A stretch of 63,994 bases of DNA, filler included, from Sphacelaria rigidula (GCA_964200075.2; 4 parts of 4 records of this genome joined end to end with filler, not necessarily neighbours in it); one strand, 5' to 3'. Numbered from the whole stretch's first letter, positions 22,392 through 35,507 are shown. The notes: generated from the sequence alone by a model not told the origin. A program made the numbers and translations.

Positions 22392-25300
22392 TCATGGAAC
22401 TAAGCGGTCCGTAGTGAAGGTACCAGGGTTTCTGGTGTTGGGATTAGAACTTCGTGTTGGTCCCGTCCGCTGGTGTCTTTCAGCGGAACGTTTGTTGTCG
22501 CGAGAGTTTTGATCGTTCTGGCGAGGGCTTCCGTGATTGCTGTTGTGTCGGCGACCGCGATTAGAGCTTTTGTTGCCACGTTGGTTCGAATTGTCGCGGT
22601 AATTTAGATTTGGTGGACGATAGTCGCGCATGCGTTTTTGCCATCGGCGCCACGCGGGGTCATTGTCCTGCAATTCCGAGTTCATGAGATCAAACGTATT
22701 GATGCATGGACTGTCACAGTCGCGCATGCTGTGGCCTTGGACACTACAGTTGATGCAACTGTTGGCATGACTGCTGAAGGCATTGCGTCTAGCGGAAGAC
22801 GAAAGAAGTGAGTTCCACAAATGAGGGTCATCGGTTATCAATGCCGTTGTTGGAGTCAAATAAACATCATCCCAAGTTTCCTCGGAAAACGGCCAACCAT
22901 CACAACTTGCGCTAAATGCATCTCTGGTACCCTGAACATGCATAACTGAACCGGCGACAAAGTCGGGGGTCCATGAAGCGCGAGACGAGCTCAAATTTCT
23001 GCCGCGAGCCCCTTGGGCATGAGCGGAGGACACAACCGTAGGTTGTGAACGCACAGACATTGAACAGAGGATTCTATAAAATAAGGTTCATCAATGAAAT
23101 GAGGTTCGAGCCCAAAACAGTACTTTCTCCACACTTTCAGCGATGGTGCCCGATGACTTTCGGCCTAATGCCCCTCGATCGCGTAGATACTTTTTCAGCG
23201 CATTTTACCGACTCTGTGAGCTTACAGCGCTGACCGAAACTGCTGTTTTGAGATCGAACCTCATTTCATTGATGAACCTCATTTTATAGAATCCTCTTTT
23301 TCTTGGTGTACAAAAGCAGACCACATAGTATCAACGGAGGCGTAAGGCACTTCGCGATGTGCCAAGACACCCGGAAACAACGACGGCATCAGAGCCGGAT
23401 ACTATTGAGCAACGCTATTGCGAACATAAGTCTGACACCTTGCGTCGCTCGGTCCGTTCTGGCGTCCGACATCCGTCGTACCCGAAACCAACAGCATAAA
23501 TTCGCGGAGATAATTCACGAAGGGGACATCAGAGGCGACAGCAAAAGAACTCAGCCTCTGGATGGCACTGGCCTGGTCACGTTTATCGAAGTAACCGATC
23601 AAATGCCTCTCCAAATCAGAGAGTAATACCGGGCCTGTCTTCCCCTCGGCACAGTCAGGGCCCATCTCGGCGAGGAATCCGTCGGGAATCTGCTTTAAAG
23701 AAGCAACGATGTCGGGAGAGCGGCGGATGATCGATCGATGCATTGCTTTGTGTAAGGGAGTCTGCCAGCTATCTACCCAGTCGGAATCTTCGAAACGTTG
23801 TGTGCCAGTCACGTCCGCCAAGTGAAGGATGTTGCAAACAGTACGGCAGATTGACGTGATGAGGGCAGAAGTAAACTGGCCCGAATCTTCGTTATCCGCG
23901 GCAGGCATGGTTTTGATGTGCCAGACTTTTTTTCACATCCATCTGGATATACTGTCTCTGTATTGCAGCTACTCGGGCAGACTCAGCTCTATCGGAAGCT
24001 GCTTTTTTGCTAGCTTCGGAACGTTCTTTCTCAGGCGCAGCGGTTGCTAAGGCGCGAGCTGCTGTAGAGGACAAAGGACGGTCAGGTGTGTCCGTATCGG
24101 ATAAACCTAAAATGCGGGCCGAAATATCAGCCAATTTAGGAATCACTTGCATGGGGGTCACCAAACCCGAGGCGGGAAGATCTGTGTCAGACTTGTTCCA
24201 GCCAGTTGCGGATGACCCGGAAGAGTTACCTCCGGGGTTCTTGCGGTGCGGTTTGCGCGGTGGACGGTTTGATCCGGAACTACCCGAAGAGAATCCCCCA
24301 CCGCCATGGCGGCGGCGTGAATTCCCTCCATCGTTGTCGTCATCGTCACGTCTGTGATTCTTCTTCTGACCCCGGCAATTGGATGTTGCGGGGGTACATC
24401 CATCTTCATCTTCGTCTCCGTCGATGGTGGCGCCGGGATGAGTCTTGTAGGCACCGCGAAGCGCCGCAAAAAGTTGTATGACCGCGGCAACGTGAGTTTG
24501 GTGGTCCCGGTGATTGACAATGGTTGTCTGCAGAACCAGTTGGCCTAAGGTGAGCACCGAGACGTCCTCTTTGGGGAGGAAGCCGTTCTGTTAGACGTGA
24601 ACCCTCACAGCATAGAACATTCGTTGTGAGATCAGGGCCGATGCGTCGCGGGAACAGTAAAGGTGATTTCGGCGTTCGAAAGGACCGGTATACGTGATGA
24701 CGGGACGACAAAGCCACTCTCGTTTGCGAGACACTAGTCGCAAGTCTTGCGCAGAACCGGCGCTCGCCACCGAGCTAACTGCATGCAGTGGCGGTGTCGG
24801 AGGCATCGTGGGGGCGGCAGCGGCCGCAGCAGACGACATCCTGTCGAACTTACGTGGAATAACGTAGGTCGATATGTTGGGCGTTGGCAGACGGGTTCTG
24901 AGCAAGTGATTGGCGGAAGGCGGAGAGGCTCGATGGTCAGATAGGCGCGCCACCGACGAGTCCGCTGCTTGAGCCGTCTGCCGAACATGACCTTCAAGCT
25001 CGCGGACCCGTCTCTGGGCCGCCATGGCCGCAGTACGGCCCTCCTGCAGCGCTCGTTGCGCCGGCGTGCTCGCGGATTGAGCGTGGGAGGCCTGCTGCTG
25101 AAGGTCCTTGAGCGTTTCTGCGTGCTCCTCCAGAAGGGGGCGGGCAGTGGCGGCGTCAGCGTCACGTTGCTGATCAAGTATGTCTTGTGCCAATGCAGGC
25201 ACCTGTGATGCATAGTCATCAATTACCTGCTGCTGTTCCGCACGGGGTCGGTTTGTGAACAGCGGCAAAAGTAGGCCGGTCGGGCAGTGCTCGTCGCCGA

Positions 25301-25529
25301 GCGGAGGGAGAACCTCCACGGACGGGGGCGGGCGCACAGGGGCATTCGTGGAACCACTATCGGCATCCGTGTCGACGGCAGACGAAGCGGCAGCGGTTGT
25401 AAGAGCCGTCGCGGGGGCGGCTGAAGGCGCAGCGGTCACAGTAGCGGCAGCAGTAGCTTCAGGAGCGCGAGTGGGCGTCTTGGTGACTGTAGCGGCGGCG
25501 GCAGCGTATGTTGAAGTGTCCATGGTCAA
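22392..25529 (-). pseudogene. Gypsy A long gag-like ORF (coiled-coil N-region, capsid-like helical core, zinc knuckle)
   Basis: ORFs 24591-25529 and 23892-24557 share a frame across one stop, then shift to 23402-23908, are cut by a MITE, and continue in 22392-23060 with CINCSVQGHSMRDC (CX2CX4HX4C). Confidence 0.8.
23063..23300. mobile_element. MITE family C inserted in Gypsy A gag
   Basis: TIR of about 47 bp, aacagaggattctataaaataaggttcatcaatgaaatgaggttcga and its reverse complement. Same end at 63932. TSD not clear. Confidence 0.92.
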
Positions 25530-25835
25530 CAGTTGTCTCTCAAGTTATGTCAAGCGTTGTTGAGGAGAACGAATGAGCGCAGCGTTGGAGCGGGACGGTG
25601 GTTCGCGGCCAGTGCGTGGTCGTCGGTTTTGCGATGAGGTGCGGCCGGACCCTTCAATTGAGGAGTCCAGAGCCGGTGACATGTCTGAAAACATGTTTTG
25701 GATATCATCAGTATGTACAGTGTTATCATCGCGTACAAGACGGCGGTGTGACAGATGCGGAGCAGGAGAGGTGCGCGAGGGTGCATGATCGGTGTTTTTC
25801 GAGCGCGAGTGAACGCGCGAAGAACTTGATCTGTG

Positions 25836-27014
25836 TCACAAAGCATCCTCGTGAGTACGTTCACAGTTAGCATTCACCGGGCGCTTCGGAGCGCGCGATG
25901 AATGGGAATTGTGACGTGAATTACCGTCATAAGTGTAACCTTGAGTGATGTTCTTCGGGCGTGTAGAAACGCGCGATGAATTCAAGCTTTGCTGGGAGTT
26001 GCCCTTAGAACTGCCAGAACGGGAGACGTGGTCGTGACCAAGTCTCGGTGTGCGGCGCCGGTCAGAAGCGCGAGTACCACTCTGGTGTGACGTGGAGGGA
26101 GGGCTGGACTCATGTTCGTTAAATTTGGCATGAGTGACTAACGGAGAGCGCGACGTCGCCGAATGGGACGCCAGACGTACGGGTTTGGGCGTGGCAGATG
26201 CAGAATCATCATTGAATTGTACATGAGCAGACGCCGATTGAGCTTGGAGCGTGGCGTGGCAAAAAGTCGTAAATGCCTCAATGAGAGCTGGCGCTGGCGA
26301 GGGCGACGGCGCCGATGAGGTGCGATGCAGAGTTTGCATGGCAGCATGCATGGCCGCAACTGCCGGTCCAACATTTGACTGCACGGTAGGGCGCACGGGA
26401 CTATCGAGAGTCGTGCGAAGGGGGTCCGTAACGGAAGCAGCCCGTGTGACAAAGTCTCTTGCTCCAGAAGCGATACGCCTCGTCGGAACAGACTCGTCTC
26501 GAGAGTTATCAATCGTCAAGCGACGGGGTGCCACGGTCAAAGCAACCGTTACAGGGCCTAGCTGGACACGTGGGTCCAGGGGCAACGACTCAGCTGGGGG
26601 CACAATTCTGACTTCGGATTCCACATTGGGATTCGGAAGAACAGAACGCAGCGAGGGGGGTGCAACGGAATCCACCGTGATGGATTCACTGACATGTCCG
26701 TCAGGAACCAATGACTTAGCCGGTTGCACTACCTTGTTCTCTAAGTCCGAGTCGGAACGTGAGAGAACAGGTCTCGGCATCAAAGTCTTGTCTTCAAGCC
26801 TTGAAGAACGAGCACCGCTCGAAAGTTGGTCTTCAGACCCCGAAGATCGAGCAGCGCTCGCATACGTGCGGCGATGAGTTGAAGGTGACGTGACACTCAT
26901 CTTCAAAGATTTCGAACCGCCAGTAGTTTGACTCCGGGTCCGACGAAGCGATTGGTTTTCCAATTGCGGGGAAGAGCCGGCGTTTTTTCTGTGCAACATG
27001 ATAGTCGTATGCAA
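25836..27014 (-). CDS. Ser/Arg/Pro-rich 392-aa ORF upstream of Gypsy A gag (ORF0, function unknown)
   Basis: Long open frame co-oriented with gag, about 300 nt upstream of it, in the same sequence style; no recognisable domain. Confidence 0.5.
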   Translation of the reverse strand: MHTTIMLHRKNAGSSPQLENQSLRRTRSQTTGGSKSLKMSVTSPSTHRRTYASAARSSGSEDQLSSGARSSRLEDKTLMPRPVLSRSDSDLENKVVQPAKSLVPDGHVSESITVDSVAPPSLRSVLPNPNVESEVRIVPPAESLPLDPRVQLGPVTVALTVAPRRLTIDNSRDESVPTRRIASGARDFVTRAASVTDPLRTTLDSPVRPTVQSNVGPAVAAMHAAMQTLHRTSSAPSPSPAPALIEAFTTFCHATLQAQSASAHVQFNDDSASATPKPVRLASHSATSRSPLVTHAKFNEHESSPPSTSHQSGTRASDRRRTPRLGHDHVSRSGSSKGNSQQSLNSSRVSTRPKNITQGYTYDGNSRHNSHSSRAPKRPVNANCERTHEDAL

Positions 27015-28869
27015 CCTTGGGGCTTAAAAAGGCAGGGGCAGTGTGTGTCTGGACTGCGGGCTCTAATCAAAGGAGCGTGACATGCAAAGGGCGAAGCTTG
27101 TATACGGAAATACTGAATAAAGAAGCGTCATAGCGCCTGAGGGGACCGTGGGACCTGATTTACTTGAGTACTTTATTCAAGCAAAATGTTGTATGTAAAA
27201 ACTATGTCCGGGGTCTGGTTATTACAACTATAGCTATCAACGGAGCTCGGGATTGTGAGCAGAACCGACGTATGTCGTCGAAGAAAAGCGAAGAACCGAT
27301 TGTTTGTAGCAGCGTTGGTACGTGAAAGTCATACAACTTACACGTGTTCCGGGTGTGGCGTCACGGGCAGACTATAACTGCATTATCCAGGCACAAGCTG
27401 AGGGATGACTGGCGGTGTGCAAATGAAAATTACTACTTTTTTCAGATGAGCACGAAAATTGTGCAGCGTGAGGCAGCACAAAAGCTTTTGCAAAGCTTGG
27501 GATGTAGACCGCGAAATCCGACTGCTTAGTGCAGAGCGAAGGCTTGTTACACAACGGAGTTGAGGCAACGCATGTATGTGGAACACAGGTGACGTTGTCC
27601 ACAACAGGGGCAACGCTGAGAGCGGGGGCCGAAAAATTGTAGTGCACAGGCAAGGGGCACTGGTTTTGAGTTATGTCTGTTCAAATGAGCACGTAACGTA
27701 GGTTTGAAATGTTTCAACGAGTATCATCGCAACGAAACCGTCTCGGAACAACACGTTTATTCGTTCGAGAGGGGGTCAAAGGAGAAAACCACTTACAGTA
27801 CGTTGTGCTGTGTATTGTTACTTACCACGGTGATGTACCGCGTTGCTCTACGGTTGTGCGAAGTACAGAAGAGGACAACAACAACGTAGCTGCAAGCAAC
27901 GAAGCTAAAGCTACAACAACAACAAAGTAGCTACAAGCAACGGAGTTGAAGTGCCGGAACGGGTCCAAATTTCGGGTGCAGATGTCCGTGGTCACTTTGT
28001 GGGAGCACGGGTTGAACTTGTTCAGTAATTTCGTGAAGGAAAGATACAGCGGTCGCGTACAATTGATACTGAAAAACAAGAGTAGCAGAGTGCTGACATG
28101 GCAGGAGCCCAGGTCAGGGACAGCGGCTGACTAAGAAAAACAGTGCGCCTTGTGCACTGGTGTTCTGTACAAACCTGTGGTAGAAGACGTCTCCTCGCAG
28201 AAGGAAAGGAGGCAACAAGACCAAATACGCGAGCCAACGATGGCTTGGCGTGTTGATCGTGTGTCGCAGAAACAAAGTTATGCATTGGTTGGGTGTGGAA
28301 GATAGCCTCTGGATGGGTTGCATTGGGTACGCAGGGTATCCTATAATAGCACCCCGTGTAACAGTATGCAACGGCTACCGTATTAGTACAAGCTCTTTAC
28401 ATAACGCCAAGACCACGCATACCTTTTGCTTCTTGAGTCGATTATATCTTTGCAGAAGAGCGGCACGCAATGAGCACTGCGTATAGCATATGGGTTATCC
28501 TTGGTGAAGGGTAGATGGTGTCGCATTCAGTGGTCAGCAATGGTGGAGTGCAGTTCATTACCAAGGGGCGAATATTGCTCTCAGGGATCGTTTGGGGCTT
28601 GCTTTGCTTCTGAATAAAGGGGATCACAGGCGCAGTGGCCTATCCCATGTTTTTAGTGTCTCATCCTCGAGCGGGTTAAGGTGTCAGGACCCGCAGTTGG
28701 ATCACTTTATAGTCTCTTCTACAGGGTAATTATTTATCCTGTAACATCCACCCTTTTAGATTTGCCAAGTGTTTCACCAGGCATACCTAATCGGGTTGAG
28801 ACTAGCGCAATCAACCAAAGACTGTGTGACACTAAGGCGGCGCTTTACACATACGCCCTCGTAGTTTCA

Positions 28870-29065
28870 CACGAGGAAAATACGGGATAGAGACCCGTTA
28901 CGGCAGCACCCAGTTTCGTACACACTTCCCTGCAGTTCCCTACAGGGAAAGTACGGGATAAAGACCCGTTTCGGCTGCACCCAGTTTCATACACACTCCT
29001 CCATGGCTTTCCACCAGGAAAGTACGGGATAGAGGCCCGTTTCGGCTGCACCAAGATTCGGCTGT
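28870..29065. repeat. 71-bp tandem repeat, about 2.7 copies
   Basis: tacgggata.ag.cccgtt.cggc.gcacc at 28881, 28952 and 29023. Confidence 0.9.
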
Positions 29066-32000
29066 ACCCGTGGGGCCAGGTAACTTTCTCATCCTCTGAA
29101 TCTCTGAGCTTGAGTGAATGTTCCACCCTTGTTCATCCTGTATCGGATTCTCCACCTGTAAATTACTCACTCGGGGGGGGTGCGCGTCTGGTGGCATGGC
29201 TTCTGCTACCTATAGTTTGCAACCCGTTGTCGGTGTGTGCAGGATACCTCTCACTCTAAACTGCTAATTTTACGCAGTTCTCCCTCGCTGAATTCAAAAC
29301 ACTCGTCGTACGGGTATCCCACACGCTCGTATGGATCAAAGTAATCATATAGCTTACCTGTCTCTACTCTATCGCCGACGTTCCCGGGACGTGTCTCATG
29401 ATGCTTGCACTCCGTCTCTGTCGGGCCTTTTGCTTGTTTCCCTGTTTGGCTTTTGGGACTACCTTGACCCGGTCTAGTTCATGTTTTAATGTTTGTTTCA
29501 CGAAATTATCTAGACATGACGCGGTGTCAGTGCCGCTCATTTGTCGTACAAGAGTGTCTAGGGCAGCCGGGAGAGTACGGCCAAAAGGTATTTGAAATAA
29601 GGGCATGTCGGAAGGGACGGATGGATCCGGGAGTGTACGTTTAATCCAACACGTTGGGTCTACGTACCCGTCCCACTTGTTGGACAATGTATCAAGCATC
29701 CATGCACCTGCCCTCTCAACGATATATTGACCTCCTGGGTGATTTGCGGGTCGGTAGTCCATTGATAACTCAAATCATTTACATCAATACCTCACTCATG
29801 CTGCTGCGGGGCTCCCCCCTTTTTTGGCTGCAAATCGTCTCACACCGGATCAATAATATCGAATACCGGGTGTACTTATGCAGTGAGTGTGCTGGAAGTC
29901 AATCCCCAAATCAGGGCTACAAAAAGCAACTCTTTACCATCATTAAAAGTTGAGACCGGCCTTTTTCCAGCGTCTGCACCCGTATGATCGAGCGTACTCG
30001 AGGTAGTCTCTGTTCGTACTGTTCGAGCAGAAATGATCCTGCCAAATAACACGGTGTGTGTTAATTCAGTGTGCGCGTATTTAGTGTGTACCAGTGTTGT
30101 CAGGTCACGAATCAGTTGTCGCTGGATGACTAAAGTTGACATATGCTCATCACCGGTACCCACAACAGACACTGATCGTCCCAGATGTAGCACTCTGAAA
30201 AGCGTTCTTCGAGTCTTCCCTCTTCGTGTCGTTGAACAGAGCAGCTCGTGTTCTGTCAGGTTTGGGACTGTTGTTTCTTTTCTCTCCTTTTTTTTTGTGC
30301 CATTAACTTTTAACAACTACACTAGATAAATGAAGGAAAGTGCTGATAGCGTAGGGGGTTTTGGATATGAAACTAAACGAATTCGGAGCACAACCCACAG
30401 GTGTTTGACGCTCGTGACAAATTACCGCGATAAGCGACTATATCTGGTTCAACATCTGCCGACATGAAACGCTATGGGGCGGATCTTCCTCAATTTTTGT
30501 GAACAGCACAGCCAAAGGATAACATACCTCCCCAACACCCAAACGCATGAGCTGTAAGATGACAACTAGAAGATAGGCTCTATGAATAGATCTGAGACAA
30601 ATTTGCATCAAAAGAGCACCTGAGTTGGCCGTAATTTAACAAGATATTGTGCCGGATACCAGTATTTCGACGATGAGTCGTCACGATAGAGTCGCGATAC
30701 GGTCTCGATATACCACAATGTTCAAGAAAAGACGGTTGTCATTCGTGAGTGTGAAGGCAAAGCGAACGCAGCATAGTAAAATAAATGAAACATTGAAGCA
30801 TCCACGCTCGAGATAAACACTGCAACACCAGAGTGAAGCGTAGCACGCAACATGAACTATTCGCGGGAGCGCCTGTTACGAAAGCGATTATCATAGCCCT
30901 TGGCAATATGTGATAAGATACGCAGTGTTCAGTCACACCTAACAGTTAGTCTTGCGATGTAAACAAAAGACGTACGGCAATCACCCAACCGAGAAAACCA
31001 CAAGATTGTATTCAACGCGGACACACACCGTCCTCGATGTACCGTGCTTCCGCGTCCCGGCGTGACCTGGTGAGGGATGAACGGTCGCCACTGCATTTAG
31101 CGCCGTTTCTCTCGGTGATGACATATACCCACGACAAGGGTGTGGGATGAAGGTAATCAAATGTAAGGTCAGCCAGGGTCAGCACAAGTTTGGAGCACTG
31201 AATACATGGAGATAAGAGCTTGCCCTGGTCTTGTCACTCCTGTCGCGTATCGACTCGTTCCGTGTCGAGCGCTGAATGAATTCGACGCATAACTTACGAT
31301 ATAAATAAGGGTACGAAAAGGACTCCATCACCCAATGCAATACGTATAGACATCAGTAAGCGAGGAATTGTACGTGTGTAGAATATCCACTGCGAGTAAA
31401 ATCCCGAAATTCAAAATATGCGAAACCCATGAAATCGTGTATATCCCCGAACAAAAACGGTCACCGCTAAAATGATATCCGGTGATGCAGCACAAGCGAA
31501 AACACAAGGGTGACAAACACAAACACGATCAAATATACTTAGCAAGGTTGAGCACAAAATACAATGTCACAGTTCCGCAAAGGCTAAACTGTCACCGCAA
31601 GGGTGAAACCCTGTGGTGTACGGGCAGCGAGAGCGTCGGTAAGGTGTGAAGCCGGACACAGGGGTCGTCGCGGGAAAAACGCCCGAGAGCATCGCGGATG
31701 AGTGGTAATTCGGCATGTATTATGGTCATCATTTGGCGCCCCAACTTGAGGCAGGGTTTACCTGGTAGGGGGTAGACCTATGGAGGGTTGGCTTGTGTAT
31801 AGATTTCCTCAACTGCGTGGTGCAAAAATAAATAAACCGAATGTATGGAAATTACTCGCAGGCGAGCAGACCTGGATATGTCGATTTTTCAATGCGGAAA
31901 ATGACCCAATCCTTCTTCTTTTGTTCTGCTGTTGTTGCGGCGTCGGTGTAGTATAATAATCGCGTTGCTTCCACGGCATATTTTCACATGTGAGTAGACA

Positions 32001-32141
32001 TTGTGTGTTGTTTGACATTTCATGGGTGATCGTGGGATAATCATGCATAATGTAGCATATATTGTGAGTTGTAGCCAAAATACACCAAGGCGTAGTGGAT
32101 GTAGCATGTGCAGGATCCTGGATGATAACCAGGGGACAAGG

Positions 32142-32241
32142 NNNNNNNNNNNNNNNNNNNNNNNNNNNNNNNNNNNNNNNNNNNNTTAATTAATTAANNN
32201 NNNNNNNNNNNNNNNNNNNNNNNNNNNNNNNNNNNNNNNNN
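32142..32241. other. Assembly spacer
   Basis: N44-TTAATTAATTAA-N44. Confidence 0.98.
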
Positions 32242-33828
32242 GGGGGGGCGTACTCATTTGTTGCTTGCTTTAGTCGTTCGACCATGTGTGTTCGGCGAGT
32301 CGCATGAAGTATGAGCTGCATCCCACTATGATCGTTCGGCTCGAAGCGTACTGATTATCTTGCATTTGGGTGGCAACCTCTAATGAGTGCTTTATTCTCT
32401 GGTATCGCCACTTCCAGAGACAGCCACGTCTTGTACACTGCCTCGTGGGTGTCTCACCGTAGGGGGGGGAGGGGGTGCCAAGAGGTTGGAAATCGTGTAT
32501 CGCATTTCCTTCGTAGGACCGTAGACTGGTAGATGCCTTATAGAGTAAGAACTCCGGCCTGGTTGACAGAAGAATAGTTAGCTGTGATTTGCCGACCCAG
32601 ATAGGACATAGGACATGTGTCTCCAATCCCCAAGGCGGTAACGCCTTGGGGTCTGTGCGTGTACAGAGGGTTTGGCAAAGCCCACGTTACCAACTCTATC
32701 GTCTAGACCCTTCTACAAAGCGAATGCGAGTGAGAGCAACGTGCGTTTAGCGCGTTTTGCCGGAAATTAGATTAAAACCCGTGAGTGACGGCGTGAAAAA
32801 GAAACGCGCGAGGTTGACGGACGGTCATCCTCCGAAAAAAGGAGCGCAGTGTCTCTATATACTCCTACGGCAGCATTTATCGCGAATGATGATTCTCACT
32901 TGTGGAACCCACATCTTTCGTTCTCTGCTAGACGCGACGCTTCCAGTCGCTTCGCCAAGAATGGTATCAACTGCATCGCCCAAGGTCACGGCATGCGTGA
33001 CTCTTGCGCCGGCGCCAGCATCAATCTTCTCACGAACCCTCAACTGTAGGGCAGTGGACCAACATGGCGCCGACGACAACAGCAGCAAATGCGCGCGGTT
33101 ACCGTACACCCAACATAAATTATCGCCATCATTCCAACAACCGCAGCAATAATCGCCTTGATCGCGATCGCCGACATGACAGCAACAACCATCACAATTC
33201 TCGTTCTCGCCGAAGAGACGGTTCTTCTCGCCACAACCAGAATGTCTGCTGATAAGACACCAGCGGACGGAGCCGACTCATGATAACTCGAATCCCCCAG
33301 CACCAGAAACCCTTGATTCCTTCACGACCGATCACGCCGACCTATGACGTGCCGGCGTGGACGTCCTAGAGTCTTCGGCGCCGCCGACAACACCAGCTCT
33401 GCATCAGCCCGCATGACATTGATAACATGCCCAAGTACTTGGCTGCTGGCCTCAGGCAGTATGTGCTCAACAGCTACTCGATCAATTCACCGCTCCATCA
33501 CGTTACAAAAGAGTACGCGACTGAAAACCCCCTCCGATTGACTGTGTCAAACATCTCCGGCCACCAAGATCATCCATGGTCGAGGAGGCGACATCGCTGT
33601 TCTGTGTAAACCCCACTGGCAAGGTCTCTGGAGAACGTCCTGGGGACTCAAATTCGACCTCCGTAGCTGCATCGCCGTGCAATGCTTTTGTATTATTGGA
33701 CGTAACTTCAAGAAGCAACATCTTGCTCACACTAAGCAGTATCGCAGCATGCGTCGTGGCGCCGCAGGCCGTGAACCCCACCGCGACAAAGGCCTGGGTT
33801 TTGTCACCGACGGTTACGAACGGGTACC

Positions 33829-34082
33829 GAGCAATGCTACAGTAGGGTGCACTTTTTGCGCATAATATTATCTGGTTCAGGAGCTCCTAACGGTTCTAGA
33901 TGCACAAGGATATGGGTCTGGGCATCCTTGTTTGCAAAACCATTCGGGAGTCTCTAGCACGTTGGAATATTAATCCTGGCGTACTCTCACATATTTCATA
34001 AGTCGTGTTTTGGATGAGATCAACGGCTCCTAACAATTCTACCCTCGGAGAATATTTGTGCACCCCTACCGTAGCATCACTC
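33829..34082. mobile_element. MITE family A (opposite orientation)
   Basis: TACC|GAGCAATGCTACAGTAGGGTGCAC ... GTGCACCCCTACCGTAGCATCACTC|TACT. Confidence 0.92.
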
Positions 34083-34097
34083 TACTCACTTTGCCGT

Positions 34098-34415
34098 CGC
34101 CCCCCGTGGTGTAATGATCTGACTGTCGCCGTTAGGGTGGAAAGAACAAGGGTTCGATTCCTGACGCGTTAGTCTTTCTTCGTAATGTCTGATTCCCACC
34201 GTGGAAAGCGTGAGAACGTGAGTGAACAAGATAGTCGACTGAGCTTGTTTGACGTGAGTTGACGCGGTATGGAATGAGTGCTGTCCCAACCCGCGAGATC
34301 AAAACGCAAGGCGTGTGCCGAGGGAGGGATGGGTTGGTCCCTTGTGACCACAGACTCATCCCGAGGAAGGGGAGGGGTTCAAAGTGCGTTAACACACACA
34401 CACACACACACACAC
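34098..34415 (+). mobile_element. tRNA-derived SINE, copy 2 (full length, (AC)n tail)
   Basis: A box tggtgtaatga, B box ggttcgattcc, shared body, AC-repeat tail at 34392-34415. Confidence 0.9.
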
Positions 34416-35507
34416 CAGAGAATGGGAAGAAAAGATCCGCGCAAACGGGAGGCACTCTCTTTTGGCGCCTATTTGTGGTTCAAAGGTAGCGGCAAATTTT
34501 GGTGGGGTGGACAGATCCACTCAGCCGATCTGGTTTGCTGACGACACATATCTCGTGCGTTTCATCGATGACCCTGGGCCCGTGCAAATCATTCTCCACC
34601 GAGCCTTAAATTCCACTGGCCCATCCGCACCACGAGGGTTCTGGTGTCTCCAGCGACTCATGTCCAAGGCACTTCGCCGAGGACTTCAACGCAATATTCT
34701 ACCGCACCCACGATGTCAACGCACCCCTTTGAGCGCCTGCTCCACATTTCCTCCTCCCTTCTTCGATCCACGCCCATTTTTTTTTTCTTTCCCTCCCACC
34801 ATGTTCTTCTCGACATTTACCCCTCGACTGCATCGCCCAGGCACAACTTCGACTACATCCACGACACGATCAGGTGCAGCAGGCCACGAACGGAGACTAT
34901 CCGTAGCCCCCATATTTACATTCACTGGAGGGTTAGTACTTTCACCTTTTGGCTTGAGCGGCTAGCGCTGGACTCTGTTCAATTCACGATCGGCTGGTGC
35001 TCCCAGAGTCCAAGATAACGGGTGGTGATAGCCGTTTTCTCGGGCTGATTCCCGCTGCATTAATGCACGAGCAGTAAGCAAGCAAAACATACTACTATGT
35101 AGTAGTAGCACTCGTAGATGCCGTGATGCTTTGGAATACATCACAATCGAAGGACCACATCGCGTTTCATCTTGTGGCCATAGATAGAGCCACGCAAAGA
35201 AGCTGCCAACTAGTTCCACTCGTCTACCAATGAAATGAAAGATGATTTTCAGAGAGAAGCGGAAGGTGTTTCTGGCCGCCGCTACAGCGGGGCGGGTGGT
35301 ATGTGTGGGACAGAAGATTTCGCTTTTCGACTGCCCCTTGTCGGGGGGGGGGGCGAGAGAGATTGGTGAAAAATCGCCCCCCGCCCTGAAAAAAAAGAGC
35401 ACAGAACCCGTCCGTGGCGAGGCTGATGGGAATCCAGTTGCTGTGAGATGAGGGTAGCCGAACTTGTGACGACGTCAGGTACGCTACACCAACAGGACGG
35501 TACATTA

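Larger units (their letters stand above)
16125..27014 (-). mobile_element. Decayed Ty3/Gypsy LTR retrotransposon, family A (LTRs not located; 3' end cut by gap)
   Basis: Order ORF0 - gag (CCHC) - protease (LLDSGS) - RT (FDLASGFFQ, MPQG, YLDD) - RNase H (LHTDTS, ELEG, YTDH, NADLLSR) - integrase, with many stops and frameshifts. Confidence 0.95.
32850..34790 (+). mobile_element. Internally deleted Gypsy A-family relic (gag end fused to integrase tail)
   Basis: 32850-33390 matches the reverse complement of 22345-22860 (INCIAQGHGMRDS). 33405-33828 matches 16240-16605 (MPKYLAAGLRQYVLNSYS). 34430-34700 matches 46280-46530. Confidence 0.9.

Noticed and set aside
28681..28832. 152-bp element or solo LTR (GTGTCA...TGACAC, TAAG flanks) as the 5' LTR of Gypsy A
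   Set aside because: Only 6-bp ends, no PBS, and no similarity to the putative LTR at 47104; may be chance.
34098..34170. Functional tRNA gene (also 13615-13686 and 53031-53100)
   Set aside because: No proper anticodon or acceptor stem; the head continues into a shared ~250-bp body, so these are SINE heads.
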